DNA of 64,000 bases from Chloroflexota bacterium (GCA_013112725.1 JABFFZ010000004.1:24147-88146); one strand, 5' to 3'. Positions 44,818 through 55,219 are shown, numbered from the stretch's first letter. Numbers and translations: made by a program. The notes: generated by a model not told the origin, from the letters alone.

Positions 44818-45981
44818 TTAAAATGCCTCCTGTTCTCTGAACTGCTTCAGGTTGTAGATCATCACCGGAATGACGGCGATGAGGAGTACAATGGCGATGG
44901 CCGAACCAAAACCGGAATTGCGATTGGTAAAGGACTGCCTGTAAAACTGAGTGGCAATCACGTGTGTGCCAAATTGACCACCGGTCATCACCCAAACCAC
45001 GTCAAAAATCTTGAGGGTAAAGATAACGATGGTTGTCCAAACAGTGATCAGCGTGCCGCGAATATAGGGGAGCATGATGCCAAAAAAGATGCGAAACTCG
45101 CTGGCGCCGTCCATACGGCCGGCCTCAAGTAGTTCTTCAGGGATACCTTTGAGTGCGGCCGAGAAGAGTACCATTGAAAAACCGGTTTGCAGCCAGATGA
45201 CGATCACAATGAGAAAGAGGTTGTTCCAGGGAGCAATATCTACCCACTGCGTCCAGGCTCTGGGCACGCCGCCAGCACTAACAAGGATGGCGTTCAGCAG
45301 GCCAATTTGGGGCTGGCCCGGCGGCCGAAATTCATAAATAAATTTCCAGATGATGCTGGCGCCAACAAAGGAGATGGCCATGGGCAGGAAAATAAGCGAT
45401 TTGGCCAGTTTTTCGTAGGCGCTGCGGTCAGCCAGGACGGCAATGATCAGGCCAAATGCGACCGAGAAGGTGCTGCCAAAGACGATCCACATGATGTTGT
45501 TGCGAAACGCTTCTACCATTACTCTTTCGGTAAAAACAGCTGCATAATTACTCAGTCCCACAAACGAATCACTGGCCAACAGTTCTGGTATCGTTAGTCC
45601 GGCAGGAGGGCCATCCCGATTGAACAGACTGATCCAAAAGGTGCGTAAGGTGGGGATGGCCAGGTACCAGGCCAGGATGGCCATAGCCGGCCCGACAAAA
45701 ACGAATGGTTGCAGACGGGTCGTCCACTGGTCTGGCATGCGTTCGACGATGCCGTTGAATATCCAATACAAAAGGGCGACGCCGCCCACACCCCAGACGA
45801 TGGCGACCAGGGTAATGACTATCCGGGGCGCATCGCTGTCACGCAGAAAGAGAAACCCCAGGTAAAGTATGTAAAAGGCGATGGCTGGAATGGCGATGGC
45901 CAATGCCACACGACCAATGAGAGCCAGTATACGCACCCCCAACGATGGTTGTTTAACTTCTTTTCCGCTCACGTAGTTCAT
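44818..45981 (-). CDS. Carbohydrate ABC transporter permease (MalF-like)
   Basis: Multiple TM helices and the EAA motif EAGRMDGASEFRIFFGIMLP. The gene is immediately upstream (1-nt gap) of the MalG-like gene. Confidence 0.85.
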   Translation of the reverse strand: MNYVSGKEVKQPSLGVRILALIGRVALAIAIPAIAFYILYLGFLFLRDSDAPRIVITLVAIVWGVGGVALLYWIFNGIVERMPDQWTTRLQPFVFVGPAMAILAWYLAIPTLRTFWISLFNRDGPPAGLTIPELLASDSFVGLSNYAAVFTERVMVEAFRNNIMWIVFGSTFSVAFGLIIAVLADRSAYEKLAKSLIFLPMAISFVGASIIWKFIYEFRPPGQPQIGLLNAILVSAGGVPRAWTQWVDIAPWNNLFLIVIVIWLQTGFSMVLFSAALKGIPEELLEAGRMDGASEFRIFFGIMLPYIRGTLITVWTTIVIFTLKIFDVVWVMTGGQFGTHVIATQFYRQSFTNRNSGFGSAIAIVLLIAVIPVMIYNLKQFREQEAF

Positions 45982-45996
45982 GTGCCTTCTCCTCCG

Positions 45997-46030
45997 GAAA
46001 TTATGAATTATGAAGGATGAATTATGAAGG
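45997..46030. repeat. Tandem GAATTAT-type heptamer array (second copy of the 1118-1162 family)
   Basis: gaaattat gaattat gaaggat gaattat gaagg. Confidence 0.85.
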
Positions 46031-46113
46031 TTGTAGCAGGCGTTTTAACGCGGGGCGATAAATTGCCTGCTACAAACTTAGAAGTTCAACTTCTTGGAGA
46101 AGTTGAACTTCTA
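46031..46113. repeat. Two consecutive hairpins in the SBP-permease spacer: TTGTAGCAGGC..GCCTGCTACAA (46031-46075) and TAGAAGTTCAACTTCT tgg AGAAGTTGAACTTCTA (46079-46113)
   Basis: Both inverted repeats have perfect arms. The position after the binding-protein gene is typical of mRNA-stabilising or attenuating structures in sugar ABC operons. Confidence 0.8.
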
Positions 46114-46132
46114 CTCCTAAGATCACAAATGG

Positions 46133-47566
46133 CTATCTGGGCCAGGAAGCATCAATGGCTTTCATGGCCGTATCCAGGTCAATGGAACCGGCCACGTAGC
46201 TAGAGATTTGTTCCCAGAAGGAGCCAGCGCCCACTTCGCCGGGCATCAGGTCAGAGCCGTCGAAACGGAAACTGGTAGCCTGATTGACCAGTTCGGAGAC
46301 GCCCCAATCCAGGTCAGAACCGTACATCTCGCGGGTGGCCGTCTTGTGAGCAGCGATAGCGCCACCACCTTCCATCCAACCGCTGACGGATTGTGGGGTG
46401 GTGAAGTATTCCATGAGCGCCCGGACTTCGGGACGGTCATTGAACATAGCCATCAGGTCACCGGCGACGAGGAAGGGACGGCCGTAAGCGGCATCCACTG
46501 GCGGCAGATAGAAGAAGTCATAATCCACGCCGTATTCCGTGCCCTGCGGGAAGAAGCTGGTGATGAAGTTGGCCTGTTTGTGCAGCCAGCACTGGGGCGG
46601 GTCGGCAAACATGGGGCCGGGGGCATCGCCAAAGAAGGTGGAAACGATAGAGGAACGGCCGCCGAGGACGTAATCGTCATTGAACCACAATTCGCTCCAG
46701 GTCTCGATGGCATTCTTGACTTCAGGGGAATCGAAGGGTAGTTCACCGGCCACCCAGGCATCGTAGTTCTCCAGGGAGGTGGTGCGTAGCATCATCTCTT
46801 CTGTCCAGTCGGTGGCTACCCAGCCGGTAGCTGCGCCAGACTCAATGCCGATGCACCAGGCGGTATCGCCATCGGCAGCAATCTCTTCGGTGAGAGCCAT
46901 CAATTCTTCCCAGGTTTCGGGGATTTCATAACCGGCAGCGTCCCAGGCGGCTTTGGGGTACCAGACCAGGCTCTTGCCGGAGAAGCGGTGCATGACGCCC
47001 ATTTCCTGGCCATCTACGGTGTTAAACTCACGCCAGCCATCATTGTACTGCTGCGAGAGCCATTCATCGGAGATGAATGTAGTCACCGGGATCACATCGC
47101 CGCTGCGGACGAAGTTGGCAAAGAGGCCGGGTTGGGGGAAGTCTACGATGTCGGGAGCATCACCCGCGCCGACGCGGATGGCGATGGAGCCTTCAAACTC
47201 TTTGTTGCCGATGTAGTTGACAGTGATGCCGGTGGCTTCTTCAAACGCTTTCACGGATTCGGAGAATTTCACGCCGTCTACGTCATTGCCTTCAAAAGCG
47301 CCATCAACGGTCACGGTTGTGCCCGCAAATTCACCTTTGATAGCCCGTTCCAGATAACCCCCGGCGGGGTAGTCAAAAGGAACTTCAGGCATTTCCTCAG
47401 CTTGTTCTTCGGCTGTTTCTTGGCCTGTTTGTGGCGCCGTTGTCGCTGCTGCTGGCGGAGCTGTTGCCGGGACGGGGGTGGCTTCTTGTTGCCCACCACA
47501 GGCTACGATAATAAGGGTGAGTATCAGCAAAACGCTCAATACTCTCATGATATGTTGTATTTTCAT
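46133..47566 (-). CDS. Extracellular solute-binding lipoprotein (family 1, sugar ABC transporter)
   Basis: Signal and lipobox (LIIVACGG), a low-complexity linker, then an SBP_bac_1-like body. It is first in the transporter gene row. Confidence 0.85.
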   Translation of the reverse strand: MKIQHIMRVLSVLLILTLIIVACGGQQEATPVPATAPPAAATTAPQTGQETAEEQAEEMPEVPFDYPAGGYLERAIKGEFAGTTVTVDGAFEGNDVDGVKFSESVKAFEEATGITVNYIGNKEFEGSIAIRVGAGDAPDIVDFPQPGLFANFVRSGDVIPVTTFISDEWLSQQYNDGWREFNTVDGQEMGVMHRFSGKSLVWYPKAAWDAAGYEIPETWEELMALTEEIAADGDTAWCIGIESGAATGWVATDWTEEMMLRTTSLENYDAWVAGELPFDSPEVKNAIETWSELWFNDDYVLGGRSSIVSTFFGDAPGPMFADPPQCWLHKQANFITSFFPQGTEYGVDYDFFYLPPVDAAYGRPFLVAGDLMAMFNDRPEVRALMEYFTTPQSVSGWMEGGGAIAAHKTATREMYGSDLDWGVSELVNQATSFRFDGSDLMPGEVGAGSFWEQISSYVAGSIDLDTAMKAIDASWPR

Positions 47567-47699
47567 TTTTTTCTTTTCCTCCTACGGAAAGTTGATAAGA
47601 ATTTTGAATGTGGTTTGTGTTTGTCAATTTTTTTTCTTGTCTAATGGGTACCTCCTTTTGCGGTTCAGTATCTGGATGGAAATGTTACCTTATGTCATC

Positions 47700-48716
47700 T
47701 CAACATAACAGTGGTGGAGCGGTTGTGTCTCGTTCTACCAACGTTGTGGGAAGCACGATTTCTTGTGGCCGCGATAGGGGATTGGAAATTTCGCCAAGTA
47801 GTAACTCTGCTCCCCGCACGCCGGATTCGTATAAGTGTTGGCGAATGGTGGTCAGGTGCAAAAATTCAGCAATCTCAATATCGTCATAACCGATGACCGA
47901 TAGTTGCTCCGGCACTTTTAGCCCCAGGTCTTGGGCGGCGCGCAGTACGCCAAAGGCCTGTGTGTCGCTGTAGGCGAATATGGCAGTGGGTGGGTCTGGC
48001 AGCGTCAGCAACTCATGAGCCAGGCGGCGCGCTTCGCGGCGACTGAGTTCCCCCTGGCGATGGTATTCCGGGTAGAATTCAATGCCGGCGTGGGCTAACG
48101 CCTGAAGATAGCCTTCATACCGGTTGGCTACAGGGCGGAAACCAAATGGGCTTTCTTGCAATAAATCGCTAATGTAACCGATTTTGCGATGTCCCAAGTC
48201 AATGAGATGTTGGGTTGCCTGGTAGCCGCCGGCCACATCATCAATCATGACGTGGCTCAGGTGACGGTGGCTGCTGTCAATGAGTACGGTGGGCATACCA
48301 GATTGCACGAAGTAGTCCGCTTCTTCATCTGTGGGGGTCAGCGTCATGATGAGCAGTCCATCCACCCGTTCCTGGCGGGGGACATCGTGGAAACAGTCGT
48401 TGCGCCGGGCTACAGTTTCGACATTATAGATGATGAAATCGTACTCGCTGTTTGAAAGTGCAGCTTCTACACCACGCAGTCGTTCGACGTAAGATGGCCG
48501 TATAAAAAACGGCGCAATCACACCAATGGTCATGGTACGGCCGAGCGACAGGCGGCGGGCGATGGGGCTGGGGGAGTAGTTCAGTTCGGCGATGGCGGTC
48601 TGGACTTTTTGGCGGGTGGCTGAGGACACGGCCGTGCTGTCATTCAGCACGCGCGAGACGGTTCCTACACCGACGCCAGCGCGTTTAGCGACGTCTCGAA
48701 TGGTTGCGTTGGCCAT
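47700..48716 (-). CDS. LacI-family transcriptional regulator
   Basis: N-terminal HTH ATIRDVAKRAGVGVGTVSRVLN and a periplasmic-binding-protein-like effector domain. ATG 48716 is preferred over the ORF-track start at 48779. Confidence 0.9.
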   Translation of the reverse strand: MANATIRDVAKRAGVGVGTVSRVLNDSTAVSSATRQKVQTAIAELNYSPSPIARRLSLGRTMTIGVIAPFFIRPSYVERLRGVEAALSNSEYDFIIYNVETVARRNDCFHDVPRQERVDGLLIMTLTPTDEEADYFVQSGMPTVLIDSSHRHLSHVMIDDVAGGYQATQHLIDLGHRKIGYISDLLQESPFGFRPVANRYEGYLQALAHAGIEFYPEYHRQGELSRREARRLAHELLTLPDPPTAIFAYSDTQAFGVLRAAQDLGLKVPEQLSVIGYDDIEIAEFLHLTTIRQHLYESGVRGAELLLGEISNPLSRPQEIVLPTTLVERDTTAPPLLC

Positions 48717-48817
48717 GCCGTCTCCTCTTTCTGCAAGCAGCCAAACTGCCCAGGCGGACAACCAGGAAAGGTAAAACAACGATGATGGGGTTCGACGTTT
48801 AGGAGATTAGAACCGAA

Positions 48818-48831
48818 TGGAACCGGTTCCA
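48818..48831. promoter_or_regulatory. Candidate LacI-family operator, perfect 14-bp palindrome TGGAACCGGTTCCA
   Basis: Read directly. It fits the general LacI/GalR operator pattern TGnAAnCGnTTnCA. It sits in the divergent spacer about 100 nt from both the lacI-like start and the acyl-CoA synthetase start. Confidence 0.5.
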
Positions 48832-48924
48832 ATTAGAGCATACTATACAATAGCTCAAAAATGTTGTCAAGAAATTGGTGGGCAACCTGATGCCGAAACC
48901 CGCAGAATTTGATACTCTTGGGCT

Positions 48925-51030
48925 ATGACCACCATTGACCCCACACTCCATCCGTTTTTTCAGCCGCAAGGTATTGTGTTGGTGGGCGCTTCGGCCGACC
49001 CAACCAAGTTGGGTTTTGGCGTCGCCCGCAACCTGCTGCAAAGCGATTACAAAGGGGCCATCCACTTTGTCAATCCGAAAGGTGGGATGCTGCTGTCACG
49101 GCCGTTGTACCCCCACATTGCCGACGTGCCTTCACCGGTTGACCTGGCCTTTTTGCTCATCCCAGCCCCTTTTGTGCCCCAGGCTTTGCAGGAGTGTGGG
49201 CAAAAAGGGATCCGGGCGGCCATCATCGCGGCCGGCGGTTTCCGCGAAACGGGCGAAACCGGCCAATCCCTGGAAGATGACTGTTTGCGCATTGCCCACC
49301 AATACAACATGCGGCTGATGGGGCCAAATTGCATTGGCCTGCTGGATACCCATTGGCCGTTTGACGCCACCTTTTTGCCGCCGCCCGGCCCCACGCCGGG
49401 TGCGGTCGCCTTTATCTCTCACTCTGGCGCGATTTGTGCGGCGGTGGTGGATTGGGCGCGCGGGCAGGGCTTTGGTCTGTCCCGGCTGGTCAGCCTGGGC
49501 AATCAACTTGATGTTTGCGAGACGGACGTGCTGCCGGCCATTGCCGCCGACCCGTATACGCGGGTGGTGACAATGTATCTGGAGGGGGTGACGGACGGCC
49601 GTCGCTTTATGCAAGTAGCTCAGGCCGTAACCCGTCACAAACCGGTATTGGCCTTAAAAGTGGGGCGCTTTGTCAGCGGGCGGCAGGCGGTGGCTTCCCA
49701 CACCGGCGCATTGGCCGGGGCGGATGCCGCCTTTGACGCCGCGTTTCGCCGCGCCGGGATCATTCGCGCTCACACCAATGAAGAGCTATTTGATTGGGCG
49801 CGGGCGTTGGCCTGGTCACCGCTGCCGCGTGGCCCACGTGTGGCGGTGTTGACCAATGCGGGTGGGCCAGGGGTCACGGCCGTAGACGCCATCGAATCGT
49901 CCGGCTTACAACTGGCGGTTTTGCAGCCAGAGACAGAAACGCAACTGCGGGCCGTGCTGCCGCCCGCTGCCAGTATTCACAACCCGGTGGACATGTTGGC
50001 GGGGGCGTCGCCGGAGCAGTATGCCGACAGCTTGCGCTTGCTGTTGGCCGATGAAGGGGTGGACAGCGTGTTGCTCATCTTGCCGCCGCCGCCCATGTAT
50101 TCGGCTGGAGGTGTGGCCAAAGCCATTATCCCCACCATTTACGCGGCGCAAAAGCCGGTGCTGGTGACGCTGATGGGCGAGCGGCTGATTCAGGAGGCGA
50201 TGGAGCATTTCCGGGCGGCGCGGGTGCCGGAATATCGTTTCCCGGAGCGGACGGTGGCGGCGCTGGCCGTGTTGACCCGGTATGCCGCTTATGTGCAGCA
50301 GCCGGCCGTGCCTGTGGCGCTGCCGGATGTACAGCCGGAATTGGCGCAGCATACCCTGGCACAGGTGGATGAGGCGGGGTTTTTATTGCCAACGGCCGTG
50401 AGCCAACTTCTCACCGCCTATGGAATCCCCTGCCCCGCCAGCCATCTGGCGCAACATGTAGATGAGGCGGTGGCGCTGGCCCGGCAAATTGGCTTCCCAG
50501 TAGCTCTGAAGCTGGTAGCCGAAGGGATTACCCATAAATCGGATGTGGGTGGGGTGCGCCTGGGGTTGGCGGAGGAGACGGCCGTGCAAACCGCCTATGC
50601 TGATATGCTGGCAAAAGTGCAGCAGGTAGAGCCAGATGCCGTTATCAAGGGTGTTCTGGTGCAGCAAATGATCCCGGTGGGGCAGGAAGTAATTGTGGGC
50701 GTCACCCGCGATCCCCAATTTGGGCCGCTGCTGATGTTCGGTTCGGGTGGGGTGGAAGTGGAGGGGTTGGGTGATGTGGCCTTTGCTCTGGCTCCACTGA
50801 CGGAGGCGGATGTGGAGCATCTGCTAACGCACACCTGGGCGGGGCGGAAACTGGCCGGTTTTCGCCATTTGCCGCCGGCTGACCGTACGGCCGTGCGCCA
50901 GACCTTGCTGCGTCTGGGCCAACTGGCGGCTGATTTCCCACAGTTGGCGGAGATTGAGATCAATCCGCTGCTGGTTTTGCCAGAGGGTCTGGGGGTGTGG
51001 GCGGTGGATGCACGAGCGCGAAGGGGGTGA
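48925..51030 (+). CDS. ADP-forming acetyl-CoA synthetase family protein (fused alpha/beta: CoA-binding + ligase-CoA + ATP-grasp)
   Basis: 701 aa. The N-terminus PQGIVLVGASADPTKLGFGV is a CoA-binding Rossmann motif. A succinyl-CoA-ligase-like middle follows (SHSGAICAAV, SHTGALAG). The C-terminal ATP-grasp carries VALKLV..GITHKSDVGGV. Confidence 0.8.
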   Translation: MTTIDPTLHPFFQPQGIVLVGASADPTKLGFGVARNLLQSDYKGAIHFVNPKGGMLLSRPLYPHIADVPSPVDLAFLLIPAPFVPQALQECGQKGIRAAIIAAGGFRETGETGQSLEDDCLRIAHQYNMRLMGPNCIGLLDTHWPFDATFLPPPGPTPGAVAFISHSGAICAAVVDWARGQGFGLSRLVSLGNQLDVCETDVLPAIAADPYTRVVTMYLEGVTDGRRFMQVAQAVTRHKPVLALKVGRFVSGRQAVASHTGALAGADAAFDAAFRRAGIIRAHTNEELFDWARALAWSPLPRGPRVAVLTNAGGPGVTAVDAIESSGLQLAVLQPETETQLRAVLPPAASIHNPVDMLAGASPEQYADSLRLLLADEGVDSVLLILPPPPMYSAGGVAKAIIPTIYAAQKPVLVTLMGERLIQEAMEHFRAARVPEYRFPERTVAALAVLTRYAAYVQQPAVPVALPDVQPELAQHTLAQVDEAGFLLPTAVSQLLTAYGIPCPASHLAQHVDEAVALARQIGFPVALKLVAEGITHKSDVGGVRLGLAEETAVQTAYADMLAKVQQVEPDAVIKGVLVQQMIPVGQEVIVGVTRDPQFGPLLMFGSGGVEVEGLGDVAFALAPLTEADVEHLLTHTWAGRKLAGFRHLPPADRTAVRQTLLRLGQLAADFPQLAEIEINPLLVLPEGLGVWAVDARARRG

Positions 51031-51062
51031 TCCGCGAAGGGCGCAAAGGGGCGCGAAGATTT

Positions 51063-51983
51063 TTAGGACGGGGAGGCGGCGATGAGGGCAACCCAGTCAG
51101 TGATTTGCAGGGTTTTGTGGATGTGGCCGCCGGATGTGGTCACGGCCGTGACTACATCCTCCATTTGCTCTTCAATAATGCCGCTCAAGATGAGATGGCC
51201 GCCCGGTTTGACATAGCTGAGCAAGTTGTCATTTTCCAGCAAACCGACAATGACGGGCGCCAGAATGTTGACGACCACGATGTCCCACCCCTTTTCGGTG
51301 ATGGTATCTAACGTGCCTTTTTGGAAGGTGAGATTGTCCAGGTGATTGAGGGCAGTGTTGCTCACGGCCGTTTGTACTGCCACTTCGTCTACATCCACTC
51401 CCAGCACCCGCGCTGCACCCAGTTTGGCAGCAGCAATCGCCAGAATGCCGGAGCCTGTGCCTAAATCAAAAATAGCATCTCCGGGCTGTACCAGTTCTTC
51501 CAGGGCTTGCAGGCACATTTGCGTGGTAGGGTGCAGGCCTGTGCCAAAGGCCATACCGGGGTCGAGCGTCAGCACCACATCATCCGCTTTTATCTGCGCC
51601 GCAGCATCCGGCGATTCTGCTTCAATCCAACTGGGCTGAACCCAGATGCGCTGCCCAATGCGGAAAGGGTGGTAGTGCGCTTTCCAGGCGTTGGCCCAAT
51701 CTTCTTCGGCCAGCAGGCGAAAGGTAGGGGGGGGAATGGGGTAGAGGCGACCCAAAAAGTAGATGATTTCTTCAATGCGGCGGCGCAAACGGGGGGTATC
51801 TTGGTATTCGGGGATGTAAATTTTCACGGTCACGGCCGTTTCCAGCGCATCCGGGTCCGGCGAAGACATATCCCCCAATTGTTCCAGCACCACGCCGTCC
51901 TGGTAGGCGAACGGCCGTAGCTTTTCCGCCACTGCCTCGGCGCCTTCCCCATCGGTTATCACACTGACTTCGAGCCAATTCAT
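51063..51983 (-). CDS. prmA: Ribosomal protein L11 methyltransferase
   Basis: MNWLEVSV start and the SAM motif DLGTGSGILAIAAAKLGA. It sits directly downstream of dnaJ, as in Firmicutes. The start could also be 51998. The ORF-track start at 52058 would overlap dnaJ. Confidence 0.85.
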   Translation of the reverse strand: MNWLEVSVITDGEGAEAVAEKLRPFAYQDGVVLEQLGDMSSPDPDALETAVTVKIYIPEYQDTPRLRRRIEEIIYFLGRLYPIPPPTFRLLAEEDWANAWKAHYHPFRIGQRIWVQPSWIEAESPDAAAQIKADDVVLTLDPGMAFGTGLHPTTQMCLQALEELVQPGDAIFDLGTGSGILAIAAAKLGAARVLGVDVDEVAVQTAVSNTALNHLDNLTFQKGTLDTITEKGWDIVVVNILAPVIVGLLENDNLLSYVKPGGHLILSGIIEEQMEDVVTAVTTSGGHIHKTLQITDWVALIAASPS

Positions 51984-52035
51984 GCGGTTACCAGACATCC
52001 GAATTTCTTTGAGAAATGGGATGTCTTTTCTGGCG

Positions 52036-53196
52036 TTATACGCCAAAAATATCCCCAAAGGCCTCTTTGAGATTATCCAGGAACCCCTTTTCCGTTTTAG
52101 GGATGACCTCTTTACCCAGCGATTTGGATAGCTCTTTGAACAGCCGTTGCTGTTCTTTGTTCAACTTCTTGGGGATAACCACCTGCACAATCACGTGCAT
52201 GTCGCCGCGACCCATGGCCCGGTTACGGCCGCTGCGATCCAGCCGGGGTACACCCTTGCCGCGCAGCTTAAATACCTTGCCTGGCTGTGTGCCCGCCGGA
52301 ATTTCCAGCATATCTTCCCCGTCCAGCGTGGGTACCATAACTTCATCGCCTAAGGCTGCCTGTGCCACATTGATGTGCAAATCCATGAAAACATCATCGC
52401 CACGCCGCTGGAAATACTCATGCGGTTCCACATGGATAACCACATACAGATTGCCTGGCGGCCCACCGGCTACACCCGGCCCGCCTTCATTGCTCAGCCT
52501 GATTTGGGTATCGTTGTCTACCCCGGCGGGCACCTTGACCTTGAGGGTGCGGGTTTGTATCACCTGTTTCTGCCCACGACACATGCTGCACGGGGTGGGA
52601 ATCAGTTCGCCCGTACCCTGGCAGGTGGGACAGGTCGTGACATTGACAAACTGCCCCAAGATAGATTGCTGTACCCGCCGCACTTCACCGCTGCCGTTAC
52701 AGGTGGTGCAGGCAATGGGGCTGGTGCCTGGCTCTGCACCGCCGCCATGACACTGGGGGCAAATTTCTGGGCGGCGTACTTCAATATCTTTTTCCGCGCC
52801 AAATACAGCCTCTTCAAACGAGATGCGCAGGTCATAGCGTAAATCCGCGCCCCGCCCTGGCCCCCGGCGTCGCCGTCGTCCACCGCCCACATTCGTGCCA
52901 AACAACTCCTCAAAAATATCGGCAAAACCGGTGAAGCCCTCAAAACCGGAGAAACCTGGCCCGGCACCGTTATCTACACCGGCATGACCATACCGATCAT
53001 AAGCTGCCCGCATCTGCTCATCCGACAGCACTTCATAGGCCCGCTGCACTTCTTTGAACCGTTCTTCGGCGTCCGGCTCTTTATTGACATCGGGATGATA
53101 TTGGCGGGCTTTGCTGCGGTACGCCTTTTTGATCTCGTCTTTATTGGCGGCGCGTTCTACGCCCAAAACGTCGTAAAAGTCTCGTTGAGTGGCCAT
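52036..53196 (-). CDS. dnaJ: Molecular chaperone DnaJ
   Basis: J-domain ([31 protein letters not shown]), a G/F region, and four CxxCxGxG zinc-finger repeats. Confidence 0.95.
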   Translation of the reverse strand: MATQRDFYDVLGVERAANKDEIKKAYRSKARQYHPDVNKEPDAEERFKEVQRAYEVLSDEQMRAAYDRYGHAGVDNGAGPGFSGFEGFTGFADIFEELFGTNVGGGRRRRRGPGRGADLRYDLRISFEEAVFGAEKDIEVRRPEICPQCHGGGAEPGTSPIACTTCNGSGEVRRVQQSILGQFVNVTTCPTCQGTGELIPTPCSMCRGQKQVIQTRTLKVKVPAGVDNDTQIRLSNEGGPGVAGGPPGNLYVVIHVEPHEYFQRRGDDVFMDLHINVAQAALGDEVMVPTLDGEDMLEIPAGTQPGKVFKLRGKGVPRLDRSGRNRAMGRGDMHVIVQVVIPKKLNKEQQRLFKELSKSLGKEVIPKTEKGFLDNLKEAFGDIFGV

Positions 53197-53207
53197 GCTG
53201 TCTTAAT

Positions 53208-53254
53208 GGAGAGTGGGAGATTGGAGATTGCCCAGCCTCTAATTTCCCACTCTC
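53208..53254. repeat. Hairpin in the dnaK-dnaJ spacer (GGAGAGTGGGAGATT ... AATTTCCCACTCTC) with internal GGAGATT duplication
   Basis: Read directly. The GGAGATT unit is the complement-family of the TCTAATC array at the end of hrcA. Confidence 0.8.
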
Positions 53255-53261
53255 ATGCCTC

Positions 53262-55160
53262 TTAAGAATCGCTAAATTCACCTTCAATCACGTCTTCATC
53301 CCGGCCAGCAGCGCCGTCCGGGCCTGGCTCCGGGCCGCTGTTGGCCGGGCCGCCGGCCTGCTGGTACATGGCGGCGCCGGCTTCATTCATGACGGCCAGG
53401 AGTTGGTCGGCCGTTTCATTCATGGCGGCGGCATCATTACCTGCCAGCGCTGAACGGACGGCATTAATACGATCTTGAATGGCGGCTTTGTTAGCTTCCG
53501 GTATCTTGTCGCCGTTTTCGCTCAGGAATTTTTCGGCGCTGTAAGCGGTGGAATCGGCCTTGTTGTGTGCTTCCACCATTTCTTTACGGCGGGCATCTTC
53601 GGAGGCGTGTTGCTCGGCGTCTTTCACCATGCGTTCAATTTCGGCGTCATTCAGGCCGCTAGAGGGGATGATTTGCATGGCCTGTTTGCGCCCGGTGGCC
53701 TTGTCGGCGGCGCTGACGTTGAGGATGCCATCGGCATTGATGTCAAATGTGACCTCAATTTGGGGCACACCACGCGGTGCGGGTGGCAGCCCATCCAGAA
53801 TGAAGCGGCCCAGGCTCTTGTTGTCGGCGGACATCGGCCGTTCGCCCTGGGTGACGTGAATTTCTACCTGTGTCTGCCCGTCGGCGGCGGTGGAGAAAAT
53901 CTGGCTTTTCTTAGTGGGGATGGTGGTATTCCGCTCGATCAACGGCGTCGCAACGCCGCCTAAAGTTTCGATGCTCAGGGTGAGCGGCGTCACATCTAGC
54001 AGCAGCACGTCCTTGACCTCGCCGCCCAAAACGCCAGCTTGAATGGCGGCGCCAATACCCACGACTTCATCCGGGTTGACCCCTTTGTGCGGCTCACGGC
54101 CGAAATAATTTTTCACCGCTTCTTGAATGGCGGGCATACGGGTCATGCCGCCTACCAATACCACTTGCGTAATCTCGTTGAGAGAAAGGCCGGCGTCTTT
54201 GAGGGCCTGGCGGCACGGTTCAATGGAGCGTTTGATCAAGTCTTCGGAAAGCTGCTCAAATTTGGCGCGGGTGAGGGTGAGGTTGAGGTGTTTGGGGCCA
54301 TTGGCGTCGGCGGTGATGTAGGGCAGGTTGAGTTCTGTCTGCATGGTGGTGGACAGTTCGATTTTGGCTTTTTCGGCCGCTTCGCGCAGTCGTTGTAAGG
54401 ATTGCCGGTCATTGCGCAGGTCAATACCCTCTTCCATTTTGAATTGCTCGGCGGCCCAGTCTATGATTTTCTGGTCAAAGTCGTCGCCACCGAGGAAGGT
54501 GTCGCCGTTGGTAGATTTGACCTCAAAGACGCCGTTGTCCATTTCCAGAATGGAGATGTCGAAGGTACCGCCGCCCAGGTCGTAGACGGCGATGATCTCT
54601 TCTTTGTCGCTGCCCAGGCCGTAGGCCAATGAGGAGGCGGTGGGTTCGTTGACAATGCGCAGCACTTCCAGCCCGGCGATTTTGCCGGCGTCTTTGGTGG
54701 CCTGGCGCTGGCTGTCGTTGAAGTAGGCGGGCACGGTGATGACGGCCTGAGTGACGGGCTGGCCCAGGTAGGCTTCGGCGTCGGTTTTGATCTTTTGCAG
54801 GATCATGGCAGAGATTTCAGGGGGGGAGTATTCGCGTTCGCTCATGACCACGCGGACATCGCCGTTGGGGGCTTTGCGGACTTCGTAAGGCACATATTTG
54901 CGCGCTTTTTCCACGGCGGGGTCGTCATATTTGCGGCCCATGAAGCGTTTGACGGAGAAGATGGTGTTGTGGGGGTTGATGACGGCCTGCCGTTTAGCTA
55001 CCTGGCCGACGAGCCGTTCGCCGGTTTTGGGGTTGATGGCGACGATGGAGGGGAAGAGCCGCCCGCCTTCGGCGCTGGGGATGACGGTGGCTTCACCGCC
55101 TTCCATGACGGCGGCGACGGAGTTTGTGGTACCAAGATCAATTCCTATTATTTTTGCCAT
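53262..55160 (-). CDS. dnaK: Molecular chaperone DnaK (Hsp70)
   Basis: [29 protein letters not shown] and a full-length Hsp70 architecture (632 aa). Confidence 0.97.
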   Translation of the reverse strand: MAKIIGIDLGTTNSVAAVMEGGEATVIPSAEGGRLFPSIVAINPKTGERLVGQVAKRQAVINPHNTIFSVKRFMGRKYDDPAVEKARKYVPYEVRKAPNGDVRVVMSEREYSPPEISAMILQKIKTDAEAYLGQPVTQAVITVPAYFNDSQRQATKDAGKIAGLEVLRIVNEPTASSLAYGLGSDKEEIIAVYDLGGGTFDISILEMDNGVFEVKSTNGDTFLGGDDFDQKIIDWAAEQFKMEEGIDLRNDRQSLQRLREAAEKAKIELSTTMQTELNLPYITADANGPKHLNLTLTRAKFEQLSEDLIKRSIEPCRQALKDAGLSLNEITQVVLVGGMTRMPAIQEAVKNYFGREPHKGVNPDEVVGIGAAIQAGVLGGEVKDVLLLDVTPLTLSIETLGGVATPLIERNTTIPTKKSQIFSTAADGQTQVEIHVTQGERPMSADNKSLGRFILDGLPPAPRGVPQIEVTFDINADGILNVSAADKATGRKQAMQIIPSSGLNDAEIERMVKDAEQHASEDARRKEMVEAHNKADSTAYSAEKFLSENGDKIPEANKAAIQDRINAVRSALAGNDAAAMNETADQLLAVMNEAGAAMYQQAGGPANSGPEPGPDGAAGRDEDVIEGEFSDS

Positions 55161-55173
55161 GATTTCCTCACTA

Positions 55174-55219
55174 TATTGAGATATTGGGGTATTGGGATAT
55201 TATGTCTAATATCTCAATA
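55174..55219. repeat. Hairpin in the grpE-dnaK spacer (TATTGAGATATT ... AATATCTCAATA) with GTATTGGG repeats in the loop
   Basis: Perfect 12-bp arms read directly. Confidence 0.8.

Noticed and set aside
52016-52750. 244-aa plus-strand ORF
   Set aside because: It is antisense to dnaJ, whose identity is unambiguous.
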